Assembly (NCBI RefSeq): GCF_009914755.1 | Contig: NC_060928.1 | Strand: one strand, 5' to 3' | DNA length: 64,000 nt | Origin: the human T2T-CHM13v2.0 reference genome, Homo sapiens | In this document: in pieces, positions 25,552 through 46,882 of the stretch | Layout of the letters: each line of letters begins with the position of its first letter | Numbering within the stretch: position 1 is the first letter of the stretch | The notes under the pieces: model-generated | What the model was told of the DNA's origin: nothing | What the model saw: only the letters and a program-made list of their open reading frames with translations | Database searches by the model: none | Program-made: the position numbers and the translations under genes

Positions 25552-26562
25552 AATCAAAGAAAGTCATTGGAATGGCATTTTATTGTTATCAAAACTGCCT
25601 ATTAAAGATAACCTTGTTAGGGCAATTGGAACGATAGTGAGAGTACATCTGGTCACGGGATGTTAAATGGAAGCCTTTATTTTATTCCCATTTTTAGAGA
25701 GGCCTCAGATAATAGTTGTCAACCACACTCACATGCCAAACAAAGTTCTGTACTACTATGCAGAATTTGCAAAGGAGTGTTCCTGAATTTCTCATTTACC
25801 CTGTCATGTCATAGGTATTCTAAGAGGCCCTTTCTCTGCACTTAACAGGGAGGGGAAGGGGCTTTTCTCTCACCTTAAGTCTAGTGAGAAAGACTTCAGG
25901 AAGACCTCTTGGAGAGCTCCGTGGATGTCCCCTGCAGTTTAGGGAATACCATGGACTGGTGCCTGGCTCATGCCTGAGAAACCTAAAGGACCAGAGTTAG
26001 TAAAAGTGGCCTGAATATCAGGTAGGGACTGTGGCTGGGGAAGTAATTTACTCTCACGGAAGACAAGTCTAAGAGAGTGACACACAGCAGGATTGACCTT
26101 GATTGTACCCAAGAGGATTGCTTGCAAAGGCAGAAGTCTCTGCAGAAAGAGGCCAGAGGTTTGCCTCCAAATGTGCAGGGTCTAGGGCAAGACTCTAAAG
26201 CGATGAGGCAGAGGCAAAATGAACCTGCTCATGCCAAGGGGATGACTGGGTGGTGAGAAGCTCCCCAGCAGGGTGGCTGTGGTAAGCGATGTCCAACAAA
26301 CCCATCACAGGGATCATAAGAGAAAGCATCAGCTGGAAACATCTGCCATGGCCAGAGGTAGCCATGGTAGTGAGAGCCATCCAACACCTTTCCGGCTCCT
26401 CAGCTCTCTCTTCCCCTTTTCCGTCTTGGAGGAACCGGGTAGCCAGTGAGAGTAGAAAGAGGTGGAAGCACTAGGCTGGAAGGAAAACACAGGAAGCCTA
26501 CCATTACCCACCTTTTCCCGCTGAAGTGTGGAATTTTTAAGATTATTTTACTGTACCACATA

Positions 26563-27405
26563 TTTTTAAAAAAACTTTTAGGTTCAGGAGTACATGTGCA
26601 GGTTTGTTATACAGGTAAACAGCATGTCACAGGGGTTTGGTGTACAGATTATTTTGTCACCCAGGTAAACGCATAGTATTCAATAGGGATTTTTTCAATC
26701 CTGTCCCTCCTCCCACCTGCCAGCCTCAAGTAGGCTCCATGTCTGTTGTTCACTTCTTTCTGTCTATGTGTACTCAATGTTTAGCTCACACTTCTAAGCG
26801 AGAATATGCGGTGTCTGGTTTTCTGTTCTTGCATTAATTTGTTTAGGATTGTGGCCTCCAGCTCCAGCTATGTTGCTGCAAAGGATATGATCTCATTCTT
26901 TTTTATGGCTGCATAATATTCCATGGTGTATATGTACCGTATTTTCTTTATCCAGTCTATTTTTTTTTTTTTTTTTGAAACATAGTTTCACTCTGTCGCC
27001 CAGGCTGGAGTGCAGCTCACTCCACTACCTCCGCCTCCTGGGTTCAAGCAATTCCCCTGCCTCAGCCTCCTGAGTTTCTGGGATTACAGGCGTTCGCCAC
27101 TACACCCAGCTAATTTTTTTGTGCTGTTAGTAGAGACAGGGTTTCGCCACATTGGTCAGGCTGGTCTCGAACTCCTGAGCTCAAGTGATCCGCTCACCTC
27201 AGCCTCCCAAAGTGCTGGGATTACAGGCATGAGCCACCGCGCCCATTCCAGTCTACTGTTGATGGGCATTTAGGTTGATTCCCTGACTTTGCTATTGTGA
27301 ATAGTGCTCCAATGAACATACAGGTCCATGTGTTTTTATGGTAGAATGATTTATATTCCTTTGGGTATATACCTAAAAATGGATTTCTGGGTCAAATTGT
27401 ACTAT
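26563..27405 (-). mobile_element. L1PA (older) 3' end, interrupted by an Alu
   Basis: ggttcaggagtacatgtgcaggtttgttatacaggtaaac...tcctttgggtatatacc. Confidence 0.88.
26960..27245 (-). mobile_element. Alu (AluS-like) within L1
   Basis: TSD tccagtcta on both sides. Confidence 0.92.
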
Positions 27406-27417
27406 GTATATATATTT

Positions 27418-27418
27418 G

Positions 27419-27460
<42 letters not shown>

Positions 27461-27475
27461 AGAGAGAGAGAGAGA
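27418..27475. repeat. (TG)n-(GA)n compound microsatellite
   Basis: Read directly. Confidence 0.95.
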
Positions 27476-27570
27476 CTTGCTTTATTGAAATATTCTCCTT
27501 ATTATAGTAGTTTGGAATCGAACCTATAATGTCTCCAAGGTAATGCCTGTATCTTATCTCTTCTAACAAC

Positions 27571-27875
<305 letters not shown>

Positions 27876-30407
27876 TGATGCATATTAATTACTGAAATGA
27901 GAGTGTATTTTTGGCTAAAAGTAATCAGAGGCCTTTTAATTATTTGAGAGTAACCTAAAATGTCATAGGGCCTGTGTATTCAGTCATCTGAGGGGCAGGA
28001 AAACTGGCCCCACAGAGCAGATTTAACGGAAGAAAATAAAGCTGCATTCTGAATGTACCCATGAGCCCAGCTGGGTCAGCATATCAGCTATCCATTCAAA
28101 TACAATGCACTCCATATTATATCTTAAAATCTCTGAGGATGTCTCATTCTGACATCTTACCTGAATTATTAGCATGTCATATGTGTCAAGAAATTCCCTT
28201 TGTATGTATATAAATTATAGTTTAAGCTTCCCAACAAGTAAGTTAGAAATAAGGATACTGGATTAAAAGAGCCAGGAATCTAAATGTTGCTTAGCCTTCT
28301 ATTAAATAAGTGTCTGTAAATAACTGTCTGTAAATAACTGTAAATAAGCTGTAGTTTCCTCTTCTTAAAGGGCCTGCATAAGATGATTGCCAAGGCCTCT
28401 TTCAGCAAGAAAATTCTATTTGGAAAGGCTACAGTACACCACAGATCAAGGACCAAGTTTTCAGACTGCTCCACAGGTGAGCAGCCGTCAGACCAGCATA
28501 TCTGGCGTGAGATCGCTGCAATGGTTTGGAGTGATAAGCAAGAACTATTTCCAAAATGAGGTACTGACAAGCACAGTGGTGCCTTCCTTTGAAGGTGACA
28601 TGTTACCTTGGTGACAGTTTCCATATTATGCACTTGGCAATTGTGATCTGGGAATTCCCGAGCATTTTCCTGTATTCTCTGGAGTCCTGTATCACTCCTG
28701 CCATCCTCCTCCAGTGAGAAACAGAGTTGCAAAGCCATCTGCGACTGGTGTTCAGAGGGAGAGCCACAAATGAAAACCAGATCCTATGTTCTGAAATTCA
28801 CTGAAATTTTCCCTATTTTACTCCATTTTCCCTATTTTAACTAGGAGATTCTTGTCTGCTACAAGAGAATAAGCCAAAAGAGTGGGCAATTTTGATTTTA
28901 ATCAGTCCCCTCTTTGGACTTTTTGCCAACATGCATTAAGCTTAGGGAAGTCATCCATTCTCTATTGATTTAAAAAAACCTTCTAAATTAGAGAGCTAAT
29001 GACTAATCATTTTATGGTATCATATCCTTTTCGCCACAAACGGCTGTTTTTGAGGACTTTTAGTAATTCTTATTCAGTTTTTTAAAGTTCTAACCAAGTG
29101 ATGTTTCTTCAGCCTGATTGTTTTATTGTCCCACTCTGCTGTCTGCCACCCAACTGCCCAGTCTTTACCCTGAGACCTTGCTATGATCCAGCAACTAAAG
29201 AGTTAACAGGAAACGGAGAAGGAGGCCTCCTAGATCTGCTGAGGTGGGTAGCCAGTGTCTGACAGGCTGGTGTCCTTTCTGCACTGATTGTTACATATTT
29301 TAAATGTCATCCCTGATTGGGGTCTCTTGGAAAATATTCTCAACTTCTCTCCAAAAAGTATCTTTTTATCATCTCTCTTTCTCTCTCCACCCTCTTAGAA
29401 GTTAAAGGTCTCCAACTTTGTTTCCAAGCCAAACTCTATCAGCTGTTATCTTTATTCTGCCCTCCCCTAATACTCTCTCTTTTGGTACCTGATCCCTCCC
29501 TCTCAAGTGGTCATTCCTCTTAGCCTACAAACATATGCGTATTTCCTCCATCCTAAAAACACCTTCCATAGATCCTGCCTTCTTAGTCAAGCTCCAATTT
29601 CATCACTTCCCTTCCCTTCGATGAGAAAATTCTCAAAAGTTGCCACCTCCCCTTCACTTCCAGTCCTTGCTTTACTTTCAGCCCCCACTAATCTTTCAAT
29701 TCCACACCTCCTCTGTCAAAAATGCTCCTTGTAGCTTTACAGTGAATGACTCTTTGGTCACTGAGTTCCACTAACTGCTGCAGAGACTCCTGGTTGTCCT
29801 CCTCAAAACTCACCCATCCTTTTGTTCCTGGGATGTCATTGCAATCTCCTGGATTTCCTTCTTCCTCTCCGACTGCTCCTCACATATTCCTTCACAGGAA
29901 GCTCCTCTTGTGCAGAAGTGGTCCTCAACATCCTACGCCTGATCCTATCTCTTCTAACAGTGGTCTGGCCCTATGTCTAATGGTATCTCTTTGCAAACCA
30001 CTCATCCATCCTGTGTCTTCATGTGATCAGCCAGCCAGTACCTCCAGTTCAAAACCACACTCTAGGAAGCCTCCTTATTCATAGATCAGCCTGAAATCTG
30101 GGAGTTAGCAAGAACTCTTTTTCTCTTCAAAAGATCTCATCTTCATTCAGGAATTAAGTCCTATTTCTTAATTCTACTTTTACAACATCCTGGGAATCTG
30201 TCTTCTTTTTGTTTCTACTCTTTTAGGGCAAGTCCTGGTCACCTTTATTATGCTTGATTGCCCTACTTCTTCCCTCAGCCTCCACTCTCTCCCCTGCTCC
30301 AATCTCCCTTTCTTACTGTCCCCACTCTCTTTTTCAATGATTTGATTTTCTTTCTTTATTTCACCTTTAAAAAATATATGTCCTACATGCCCAATTAAAA
30401 AGTGAAA

Positions 30408-31472
<1,065 letters not shown>

Positions 31473-32345
31473 AAAAAAAGTGAAAAAAATCCAAATATGT
31501 CTAATAAAAAGTTAATAATCTCCCCTTGTCTCCAACCCCTTCTTTCCTACCTCCAGTATGAACAGTCTGGTATGCATCCTTTGAAAATTTGTTCATGTAC
31601 ATACATATATTCACATTTTAAAACAAAAAGTGGGATTATGATATGTATATTACTATAGAACTCTCTATTCTGACTTAAAAGTATACCATGGACATCTCTC
31701 CAAGTCAATAGATAGAAATTTAGCTCATTTATTTTTTAAAAATCACAGCTTTATTAAGATATAATTCATACACCATACAACATATCCATTTAATGGTGTA
31801 TTCAATGATTTTTAGTAGATGTACACAGTTGGGCAGTTATGACCCCAATCAATTTTAGAACATTTTCATTGCCTCAAAAAGAAATTCTATACCTATTATC
31901 AGTCCTATTATTCTATACCTATTATTTCCCACTTCCCCCCAAAGTAGATTAATGGTTGCAAGGGACAACCACTAAACTAATTTTTGTCTCCATGGATTTT
32001 CCCATTCTTAATATTTCATATAAATAGAATTGTATGATATATGATCTTTTGTTTCTGGATTCTTTAACTTATTCATCCACATTGTAGCATGCATCAGTAC
32101 TTAATTGCTTTTTTGCCAAATAGTAGAGTCTATTGAAAGAATGTACTACATTTTTTTTATCCATTCATCTGTTGGTAGACATGTGGGTTGTTTCCATCAT
32201 TTGACTATTAGAAATAATGCTGCTGTGAACATTCATGTACATGTTTTCATGTGGATATACGTTTTCATTCCTTTTGGTTATATATAGTAGTGAAATTTTT
32301 GGGTCATTCAATAACCCTATATTTAACCTTTTGAAGAACTGCCAA

Positions 32346-32452
32346 AGAACAAAGTCAGAGAATGTCTTAGTCCGTTTTGTGCTGCTATAACAGAACAGCA
32401 CAGACTGGGTATTCTGTGAACAGAAATGTATTGGCTCACTGTCCTGGAGGCT
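32346..32452 (-). repeat. Inverted local copy of 33873-33979
   Basis: Reverse complement matches the MLT1 LTR end plus its L1 flank with about 6 mismatches in ~107 bp (manual count). Confidence 0.9.
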
Positions 32453-32769
32453 CCATTTTACATTAACATCAGCAGTGTATGAGAATTTCTATTTCTCCAT
32501 ATAGTTGCCAACAATTGTTATTGTCCATTAAGTCTTTTTAAAATTATAGCCATCCTAATGAGTGAAGTGGTATCTCATTGTGGTTTTGATTTCCACTTTC
32601 CTGAGGGCTATGATATTGAACACCTTTTCATGTGCTTACTGGCCATTCATATATCTTCTTTGAGGAAATGTTTACTCAGATCTTTTGCCCATTTTTAATT
32701 TAGTTATCTTTTGACTATTGAGTTGTGATGGTTCTTCATACAAGTCTCTTATCAAATATATGACAACCT

Positions 32770-33177
<408 letters not shown>

Positions 33178-33594
33178 TTAGCTACATTTTTTCTTCTGTT
33201 GCTTATGTCTTTGGTGTCATGTCTGAGAAGACTTTGCCTAACCCAAGGCTGCCAGATTTACTCCTATACTTTCTTCCAAGAGTTTTATAGTTTTAACTCT
33301 TACATTTAGGCCTTTGATCCATTTTGAGTTATTTTCTGTGTAGGACATGAGGAAAGGGTCCAACTTTATTCTTTTGCATGGACTTATCCAGTTGGCTTAG
33401 CACCATTTGTTGAAAAGATTTTCCTTTCCCCTTTGGACTGTCTTGGCACCCTTGTTGAAAATCAATTGACCATAAATGTGAAGGTTTGTTTCTGGACTCT
33501 CAATTCTATTCTGTGATTTATCTGTCTACCTTATGCCAGCACCACACTGCCTTGATTAATGTAGTAAGTTTTAAAATTAGGAGGTCTGCGTCCT

Positions 33595-33962
33595 TCACTA
33601 TGGTTTGAATGTGTCCCTGAAAGAGCTTGTATTAGAAACCTAATTCCCCAACCCAACAGTGTGGAGGTGGGGCCTAATGGGAGGTGATTAGGCTATAAGG
33701 GCTCTGCCCCTCTTGCTCTCCTGCCCACATGCATTTTTCTCTCTTGCTTTCTTTTGAACTCTTTTTCTCTCCCATCTTTTTGCTCCTCTTGCCCTCTCTT
33801 TGCCCTTCTGCCATGGGATGATGCAACAAGAAGGCCCTTGTCAGATACTGGCTCCTTTATCTTAGACTTCCTAGCCTCCAGAACAGTGAGCCAATAAATT
33901 TCTGTTCACAGAATACCCACTCTGTGCTATTCTGTTATAGCAGCACAAAACAGACTAAGACA
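33595..33962 (+). mobile_element. MaLR solo LTR (MLT1A-like)
   Basis: ctatggtttgaatgtgtccc...agccaataaatttctgttc...agcacaaaacagactaagaca. Confidence 0.85.
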
Positions 33963-34354
33963 TTCTCTGACTTTATTCTCTTTCAAAATTATTTTGGTTA
34001 TTCTGTGTCCCTCCCATTTACATATGAATTCTTAAACCAACTTGTCAGTTTTGGCAAAGAAGCTAGCTGTTGCTTTGCTAGGAATTGTATTGAACTTGTA
34101 GATCAGTTGGGAGAATATTGCCATCTTAACAATATTGGTCTTCCAATTCATGAACGCGGAATTTTTTTCCGTTTATCTAAATCTTCTTTAATTTCTTTCA
34201 ACAATGTTTTGAAGTTTTCAGATATAAGTTTTGCATTTGTTTTGTTAAATTTATTCCTAAGTATTTTATTCTTTTTGATGCTATTATAAATACATCGTTT
34301 TTTATAATTTTGTTTTCAGATTGTTTGTTGCTAGTGTATAGAAACACAATTCAA

Positions 34355-34725
<371 letters not shown>

Positions 34726-35133
34726 TAGTTCTGGTATTGTGTGTGTGCACGTGCATTCCCCAAGATTTTCTATATTCAGGATTATGTCATCTGCAAATAG
34801 AGATGGTTTTACATCTTCCTTTTTCAATTTGGATGCTGTTACTTCTTTTTCTTGCCTAATTGCCCTGGCTAGAACCTCCAGCACAATGTTAACTAGAAGT
34901 GACAAGAATGGACATCTTTATTTTGTTCCTGATCTTAGGGAAAAGCATTCAGCCTTTCATCATTGAATATGATGTTAGCTGTGGGGTGTTTTGTAGGTGG
35001 CCTTCATCAATTTTCACAAATACTCTTCTAGTCTAGTTGTTGAGTGCTTTTGTCATGAAGGGCTGATGGATTTTGTCAACTCTTTCTTCGGTGTTTATTG
35101 AGATGATCATACTTTTGTCCTTAATTCTATTAG

Positions 35134-35262
35134 CCTATTGAAGCCTAGTGTTCCATTATTGGAACCCTAAGTATGTGGGAGTTATTTATATCCTGCTGCT
35201 TAAGGTCATTGCCAAGGTCTGATTGCAAAAATTAAAAAATTGCAACTTCAGGCATAAATGGG
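35134..35262 (+). mobile_element. MER85 piggyBac (PGBD3-derived) MITE
   Basis: Right TIR aggcataaatggg followed by TTAA; left TIR degenerate (cctattgaagcct) preceded by ttag; internal palindrome gttccattattggaac. Confidence 0.9.
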
Positions 35263-35689
35263 TTAATTTCATGTGTTACATGGATTGATTTTCAGATGTT
35301 AAATCAATTTTGCATTCCTGGAATAAATTCCAGTTGGTCATGATGTATAATCTTTTCAATACACTGCTGGATTTGGATTGCTAACATGTTGTTGAAGTTT
35401 TTTTTATCTATATTCCTAAGACATACCAGTCTGTAGTTTTCTTTTCTTCTGATGTTTTTGTCTGGTTTTGGTATCAGGGCCTCAAAAAATGAGCTGAGCA
35501 GTCATTTCTAACTGCTGAATAATATTCCATAATTTGGTTGTGTCACAATTTATTTAGCCATAGCCCTACTGATAAATATCTCTTTCCATTTTTTGCCACT
35601 ATTAACAATGTAACAATGTATAGTGTGTATATATATTATATATACACATATATATATACTTATGTATGTGTGATTTATCTATTTATTTA

Positions 35690-40611
<4,922 letters not shown>

Positions 40612-40682
40612 TTATTCAGAAATCATTTATTTCTGGAAAAATTCCTAAATGTGAGACTTCTGATTCAAAAGTAGATATTTTT

Positions 40683-40987
40683 CCTTTTTAGGGGGACAGA
40701 GTCTTGCTCTGTCGCCCAGGCTGGAGTGCAGTGGCGTAATCTCGGCTCACTGCAATCTTTACCTCCCAGGTTGAAGCGATTCTCGTGCCATGCCTCAGCC
40801 TCCCGAGTAGCTGGGGTTACAGGTGCTGGGATTATAGCCACCACACCCGGCTAATTTTTGTATTTTTAGTAGAGATGGGGTTTCACCATGTTGGCCAGGC
40901 TGGTCTCGAACTCCTGACCTCAAGTGATCTGCTTGCCTTGGCCTCCCAAAGTGCTGGAGTTACAGGCGTGAGCCACCATGCCCAGCC
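40683..40987 (-). mobile_element. Alu (AluS-like)
   Basis: TSD aaaagtagatattttt. Confidence 0.92.
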
Positions 40988-41449
40988 AAAAGTAGATATT
41001 TTTAGTGTTCACATATATTTTCAGATATCTTTCTAAAAAGGTGGTAACAATTTATACCACTATCAGCAATATATGAAAATATTAGTTTCTCTAAACCCCA
41101 CCAAGACTGTTATCATTATTTTTAAAGGTTTTTACATTGCCCAGTTGATATTTTCTTTTCATTTCCCTGACTACTATTTATCTATTGGAAACATTTTAGG
41201 TCTTTATATATTAGGGACAAGAATCTCTTTTCTGCTATGTATTTTACAAAATTTTTTTCAGTTTATTAGTTTCCTTTTGACTTTGGTTTTGATGTTTTTG
41301 ACATAAAAGCATTTTTAATCTTTTAAGGTCAAATATTTTTCTCTCTCTCTCTCTTTCTCTCTCTCTCAGCTTCTGGGTTTCCAGGCTTACTTGGAAAGGT
41401 CTCTTCCAACCAAATATTATTCAAATACTTTCAATTTTCTTCTAATGTT

Positions 41450-41454
<5 letters not shown>

Positions 41455-41493
<39 letters not shown>
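41455..41493. repeat. (TG)n microsatellite
   Basis: Read directly; a (CT)n tract also lies at ~41341-41367. Confidence 0.95.
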
Positions 41494-41495
<2 letters not shown>

Positions 41496-41539
41496 TTTTG
41501 TTTTATTTCTTTTAATTCTCTGATACATTTAGAATTTCT

Positions 41540-41848
<309 letters not shown>

Positions 41849-42134
41849 TTATTTAGAATTTTTAAATTTCTGTTACAAGGTAGGGATCTAACTAACTTAG
41901 TTTTTATCCAGTTTGATTAATTATTATGCCAGCACGTTTAATTAAAAGTGCTTTACTATCAAATTGCCACCTTTGTCATGAATTAATTTTAATATAAACA
42001 TATCTATGTCTGGGTTCTCTATGCCAATACCATTTCATTTTGATAATTTTAATAAAGTAAGACAAATTCTCCTTTTCTGTTCTTCTTTTTCATGAATTTC
42101 TTCCATATCCTTAGACATTTATTCTGCCACATCG

Positions 42135-42630
42135 TAGTAAACATTCTCATCTGCCTCTTGGGCTTTCTTCTACTGTGCAGTAGTCATGTCATTTGGGCAG
42201 ATTGATCTTGGCTGTGGAGGTGGCCTCAATCAGCCAAAGCCAATCAGTTTAATCCAAATTTTCTGGCTACATTAATTTGTTCATGGGGGGTGAGACCTAA
42301 ATTGGTCTCACCTAAATTGATCAGAGTGAAACTTAGGACTTTTCGTTAATGATTTGTGGGGGAAGAATCAAATAGCTCTGGTTTCTGCTGGTAGCAATCT
42401 TGTAACCATGAGAGAAACTAGTCTAGAGATGATGTCTACACGTGGAGGAGGAAAAAGCCAAGATAATCACAAAAAACTGAAGATGGGATCTTGATCAAAT
42501 TGTGCCCGAAGTCCACCCTACTTCTGGACTTTTTAGTTTTACAAACCAGTACATTTCCTTCTTTGTTTTAATCTAGGCAGCCAGGTTATCTGTTATTCAC
42601 AATGAAAGCCGTATGTGTAACTGATACTTA
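42135..42630 (+). mobile_element. Old MLT1-family LTR
   Basis: gcaatcttgtaaccatgag...acttctggactttttagtttt...ttattcacaatgaaagcc...aactgatac. Confidence 0.55.
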
Positions 42631-43229
42631 TTGGGTTTTACAAAAATTTTCTTTCTAAAAACTAATATGAAATGATCTCTCATTGTCCTCAAACTCTTCA
42701 TTCTCCTCATTAGCAATAAAATGCTACTCCAGCTCTTTGACATGGCCTGATTCTATTCCACTTCCTAGCCTCCTTCCTCATTAATATTGTTCCTCCCACA
42801 TACACACATACCTAAATTCACCTCAGAATCATCTCCCAGTTTCCACTCCTCTATTTTCTCTCTTGAAAAGTTCAGCCTTATATTAAAGTTGTACACACAT
42901 TTGGATCTAAATTCCTCAAACATATGTTAAATACCTACTATTATGGGAATGGCCTATGAAAGGTGGTGGGGATGCAAACATGAGTGAGGGATGAACACTG
43001 CCTTAAAGGAACTACCTTTAAATAGAGGAGTCAGATGCACAATCGTATCATTCCAGTGTGAGGTGATTAATGCACTAATAGAGACATGCACAATGTCTTG
43101 CATATAGTAAACAATGAATGAGTATTTGTTAAACAAAATGGAATTTAAGGTCATGTTAACATAAACATGAATTCTAGATCTTTAAAGTTATACAAAGATA
43201 AACTACAAAGAGAAAGAATTAAGTAAACA

Positions 43230-43810
43230 CGAAGCCATCCTTACAGGGTTAACAGGAATTCTGGACAGAAATAGAGTTATAATTAAGCATTAATCAGGTT
43301 GCACTTTGGCCCATTTCTTTGTAAACAGAAGTCGTGTAGCACCAGATACCATTCGTATCCCTGTCATTCCTACAGATGGGATTTCCGACATTAGAATTAC
43401 TTAAAGCTTTTGTTTAAAATAGACAGGCTCTCTGACACTAGACTCATAAGACCTTTGTTTAAGAATTGCTTAAGATGATTCTCAGCTCCCAAATTGCAGT
43501 GAAACAGCTGATGCCAACAAGTTTGAAGACCCCCACAGAGGACTGGAATCAGCATGAGAATACAGTTTCTGTATCTTCCTGTCCCCTGACTTCACTCTGC
43601 ACTCTTTGACCGATCAATAATCTCCACACTGTGGTCATCCCAAAACCCTTAAACAGTCTACCATCAAACTCCACAGGGAGACAGATTTGAGGTTTCCTTC
43701 TGTCTCCTTGTTTGGCTGCCCTACAATTAAACTTCATTCTCTGCTGCAACCCAGTGTCTCAGCCTATTGACTTGCTGTGTGCATCAGGCAGATAACTTAT
43801 TACGGTTACA
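43230..43810 (+). mobile_element. ERV1-class (MER4-group-like) solo LTR
   Basis: (c/t)gaagccatccttacagggttaac...attaaacttcattctctgctgcaacc...ttacggttaca; 4-bp TSD aaca. Confidence 0.8.
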
Positions 43811-44006
43811 AACATGAAATAAACAAGACCTTTTAAAATAGAATAGAGTGATTTATAGCTCTTTTCTTGTGATGTCTTTGTCTGGTTTTGGTATCATGGG
43901 TAATACTGGTCTTGAAAAAGGAATTGAACTAAGTCGTTTTTAACAACTTTATAATACTCCATAATTTGCCAGCAAAACCCCCTCCCCTCCACCACCTCTG
44001 CCAACA

Positions 44007-44007
<1 letters not shown>

Positions 44008-44040
<33 letters not shown>
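44008..44040. repeat. (CA)n microsatellite
   Basis: Read directly. Confidence 0.95.
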
Positions 44041-44044
<4 letters not shown>

Positions 44045-46019
44045 TCACTTTGGGACTGCCACAGGCCCCAGGCTGCTGAAGATTGAAGTGAGATGAGTAG
44101 AACCAATTGGTGCTAAGAAGAAAGTGGTCCTCAGAGTTACACTGAGTGAAGAATGTGGGCTGTGAAGAGGAGGGCCTCTGCTCTGCCCCTCTTAGTAGCC
44201 TGTTATGTTCGTGCCCTTCCTGACACTTAAGGTTGGCACTCAGTGATTATTGAATTGCAAAGTACTCCCCTCTTCCCGCTTCAGAAAGCTGGGTCAGCCT
44301 CCTGGTTAACAAAGCCCTATCTTATCTCCCCAACTGCCTAAACTATTTGCTTCCTATTCCTGCCCCTTTCTTCTACAAGGCTGCCTGCGCCTTCATTTGA
44401 AACTTGGTAACCTGTAAAAGAAATTAGGCAGGGCAGATAAGCACGGGGTCTGATGCATGCTAAATTCCAAACCTGGGGCCTGTCTCCTAGGACAAAATGA
44501 ATAAACCTTAGGCTGTTCATTTCTGAAAAACAGGTCCCTGAGAACCAGGCCCTGCAGTCTCAGATCATAGCCATGACTATGTGAGCCTGTCACATTTTTA
44601 TATGTCACTCAGAACTGCATACCCATACCAAATTGCCTCCCTCACCTTTTGCCCTTTTGAATGCACTAATTGAAAGGTAGGCATCCAGTACTACCTTCTG
44701 CAATCCCGGTCCCTGATCTCCACAGATTCAAACTCCAGGTGCCAGCCCTCCAATCCCCGCTCAGACAGCCCTTTCAAGCCCACAGAGCCCTGAGCCTTGG
44801 AAAGGCAAGCTGACTCCAACTTTTCCCTGAGAGTTCTGGCTGGACCTTTCCTTGGCTGCCCTTTATTAAAAGTTTTTTTTCGCTATAGTTATAGTACTCG
44901 AACGTAACAGAACTGCCCTTGTTCTAAAGTCTTTCCACTGGTTCCATCTGTTCTCCCCCTAATTGTGAGTTAGTGAGACTAATTCCACAAGCACAACTTT
45001 GCAAGGGGCCATTTTGCATTGCAAACAGGCATGACAGGCCTTCAAGTACCTAGCAAGAAGAAGGTCCCTGTGGGAAGTCAAGTCAAGCCAGTTCAGTTAA
45101 ATTCCAACCAGCAACCTCCTGTCAGGGAACTGCGTTAGTTCCAAGAGGGTTCTTGTGCTGTTAACTGATTGTGTCACCTTGAGCCAGCTAAATTCTCTGG
45201 GTCTCAGCTGTAAAATTAAAGCCGCAGACCTTAGATACTCTAACAGTGCTCACGGACTATGATTTTAGAGATAGGGTCACCCACGCAGTACAGGACTGAG
45301 GCAAGCCACTGTGGGAGCCCCTGTCCTTCAGCATTAATAAGTTTGGACAGATGAAACCAGATGAGAATAACATCAAGAGCAGCCTTGCTTGACTAATTAA
45401 AACTTCTAATACTAAACGGGGGAGGGGGGGCATCATGGTTGCCAGGCAACCAGCCTCCAATCTTGTTGGCAGAGGGGTGGAGTTGGCTCAGGTCTCCTTT
45501 AGCGGCAGTTTATGGAACCACTCAGTGGCCCTTTTCCTGACCATTGCCTTCCTGTGGAGCTCTAATCAAACCATCTTCACAGGACTGTAGGGACACTCCT
45601 GCTTTCTCTGCAACCCTGAAGTTTGCCTACTGAAATAGTGAAACCAATTTTTGGCTCTATAAAAACAGCTCTACTCATATTCCTATTTCTTCATTGAAGT
45701 CTATCAACAGACAGTGCCGGCATTCTTCAGTCACCTGAGCTTGCCTTTCCTCTGACCTCTTCATGTGGACGACTCCCTGTAAACAGCCATGGACCTTGTA
45801 GACTATCTAGAAGCACTGCATAAAGGTGAAGGCGGGTATCTTGACACCTCTAGGAATGGCGGTGGAATGAAAGGGCAGCCCAAGCCCCAAGTGAGGAGAC
45901 ATAGAACAGTCTGAAATCCTCCACTAAGCCAGCGTAACGGTGGAACACGTGGTCCTTATTAAATACACAAACACACATGCAAATGGCTGCCTGGACTCCT
46001 CTCCATTTTCCTTGCCACC

Positions 46020-46650
46020 ACCTCTTTTTCAACCTATTAGTATTTACAGCTGGTCTCCCTGATTAAAAATAAGTGCATTATGCAGACCATGTCTCTCTTT
46101 AGTGGGCTCTATTGCATAAGAATACAACCCAAGTGCCTTCGCACCACCTACAGGGTGCTGAGTGCTCTGGGGCCTGAACACCTCTTCAGCCTGGTTGGGG
46201 CCCTACTACCCTGGCTCACCATGTTGCAGCAATGTGAGCCTTCTAGACCAGTCTAGAACAGGCCAAACTCTCTTCCTTAAGGTCTTTGCCCAAACTGCCC
46301 TCACTGCCTGGGAAGTTCTTCCCTCGGCTGTTTATATGGCAGACTGCCTTTCACCAGTCAGATCTCAGGTTAATTGTTCCTGCCTGCACAACCTAAGACA
46401 GTTGCTCCTTCTCTTTTCTGTCTCATCACTATGTTTATTTTCTTCACAGCATTTCTTATAATCTGTCATTACACTGTCTATATATTTGTTGACTTATTTA
46501 TTATGGTTTCTCCCATCAGAGTACAAGCTCAGCAATATCAGGACGCAGTCTACCTTGCTCATAGATGTCTCCAGGTGTCTAGCTCAAGCCTGGCACATAT
46601 TCAATATTCAATAAATATGTGTTCAATAAAAGAATGTTGATGAATAAAAG
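46020..46650 (-). mobile_element. L2 3' fragment
   Basis: Ends cctggcacatattcaatattcaataaatatgtgttcaataaaagaatg. Confidence 0.65.
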
Positions 46651-46882
46651 ATGTGCCAAGATAATACATTTAAATGTAGTCACATGTGTACATCATACCA
46701 TCATTCCTGTCATGCTTACTGTGTGCCTGCCACTGTTCCAAGTACTTTCTACAGGTTAACTCATTTAGTTCTCACATAACTCTATGAAGCAGGGTACTAA
46801 TCATCCCCAGTTTACAGGGAAAGAGGCAGAGGCACAGAGTGGTTAATTAACTCATCTAAGGTCAGACTGTGAGCTGGGTGGA

